In this document: positions 63,809 to 64,000 of the stretch, piece after piece | How positions within the stretch are numbered: position 1 is the first letter of the stretch | Layout: every line of letters begins with the position of its first letter | Source of the DNA: Gemmatimonadota bacterium | GTDB lineage: Bacteria; Gemmatimonadota; Gemmatimonadetes; Gemmatimonadales; GWC2-71-9 | DNA length: 64,000 bases | NCBI GenBank assembly: GCA_036679645.1 | Contig: JAZDCY010000041.1 | Span: forward strand, 134 to 64,133 | Reading direction: 5' to 3' | Made by a program: the position numbers and the translations under genes | Notes under the pieces: model-generated | What the model was told of the DNA's origin: nothing | The model's input: only the letters and a program-made list of their open reading frames with translations | The model's database searches: none

Positions 63809-63845
63809 AAACGCTCCGGGGATAACACTCCGGAGCGTTTTGCTA
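63809..63845 (+). terminator. Rho-independent terminator after groEL
   Basis: AAACGCTCCGGGG-ATAACA-CTCCGGAGCGTTT (13-bp stem with one G-T pair) running into TTTTGCT. Confidence 0.75.
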
Positions 63846-63923
63846 TTCTGAGCGTCTGAGCGACAAGTACACGACTTGACGTTCGCGGTCTGGTGTCATA
63901 CTTTGGTATGATAGAGGTATTCC

Positions 63924-64000
63924 ATGTCCAGGCGTCGCAAAGTGGCCATTAGTGTTCCGGCGGTGCTGCTCGACGAGGTCGAGCGCCGGCGGAAGCAGAC
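63924..64000 (+). CDS. possible ribbon-helix-helix (CopG/antitoxin-like) protein, 5' fragment at window edge
   Basis: ATG 63924 gives MSRRRKVAISVPAVLLDEVERRRKQ..., which resembles an RHH N-terminal beta-strand plus helix. Only 25 codons are visible. Confidence 0.3.
   Translation, partial: MSRRRKVAISVPAVLLDEVERRRKQ

Overview
This is a 64-kb, very GC-rich bacterial chromosomal segment (roughly two-thirds G+C by eye). Genes are packed extremely tightly, with many ATGA/GTGA/TGATG/TAGTG stop-start overlaps. The domain flavour (Big_2, PEGA and LVIVD surface proteins) and the GroEL sequence would fit a Gemmatimonadota-like organism, but taxonomy cannot be verified here.

Layout:
- 1-2249: a pair of M16 peptidase genes; the catalytic one is frame-disrupted.
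- 2288-15888 (minus strand): one long, apparently co-transcribed block. It carries a class IV aminotransferase, small membrane and unknown proteins, a DASS transporter and an amidohydrolase. It also has a full beta-oxidation-like set (3 crotonases, a 3-hydroxyacyl-CoA dehydrogenase, a thiolase, an aldehyde dehydrogenase) and a non-canonical phenylacetyl-CoA epoxidase cluster (paaA, paaD-like, paaB, paaC, stand-alone Zn-ribbon).
- 16240-17662 (plus strand): ECF sigma factor, putative anti-sigma factor and an LTXXQ/Spy-like protein.
- 17663-29773 (minus strand): converges head-on with the ECF trio. Four translationally coupled genes encode a 2540-aa Ig-array/beta-helix giant protein, a zinc-ribbon/PEGA Hanks kinase, a TPR/FlgD-Ig protein and a Big_2 + beta-barrel protein. 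This is the most unusual system in the window.
- 30136-30218: tRNA-Leu(CAA), followed to about 34450 by a lower-GC islet of orphan and decayed genes.
- 34485-56141: housekeeping genes (icd, pepA, yicC-gmk-rpoZ-coaBC-udg-dnaB-radA-ispD-tsaC-ptp-aroE-comF, gap-pgk-tpiA-secG-carA, ihf/hu, moaDE, trmL, mdh).
- Remainder: queD, two beta-propeller proteins, an NlpC/P60 peptidase, a tandem hairpin-repeat array, a disrupted or TGA-containing AhpD/CMD-family gene, CIRCE-groES-groEL and a partial RHH gene.

Non-genic signals: a REP-like hairpin family with a 35-nt exact copy at two loci, and a dispersed G-rich (G-quadruplex-capable) 18-22-nt exact repeat sitting in-frame inside unrelated genes in both orientations.

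No CRISPR array, integrase, transposase, reverse transcriptase or recognisable defence system was seen. All calls come from reading the translations and the DNA by eye; no searches were run.
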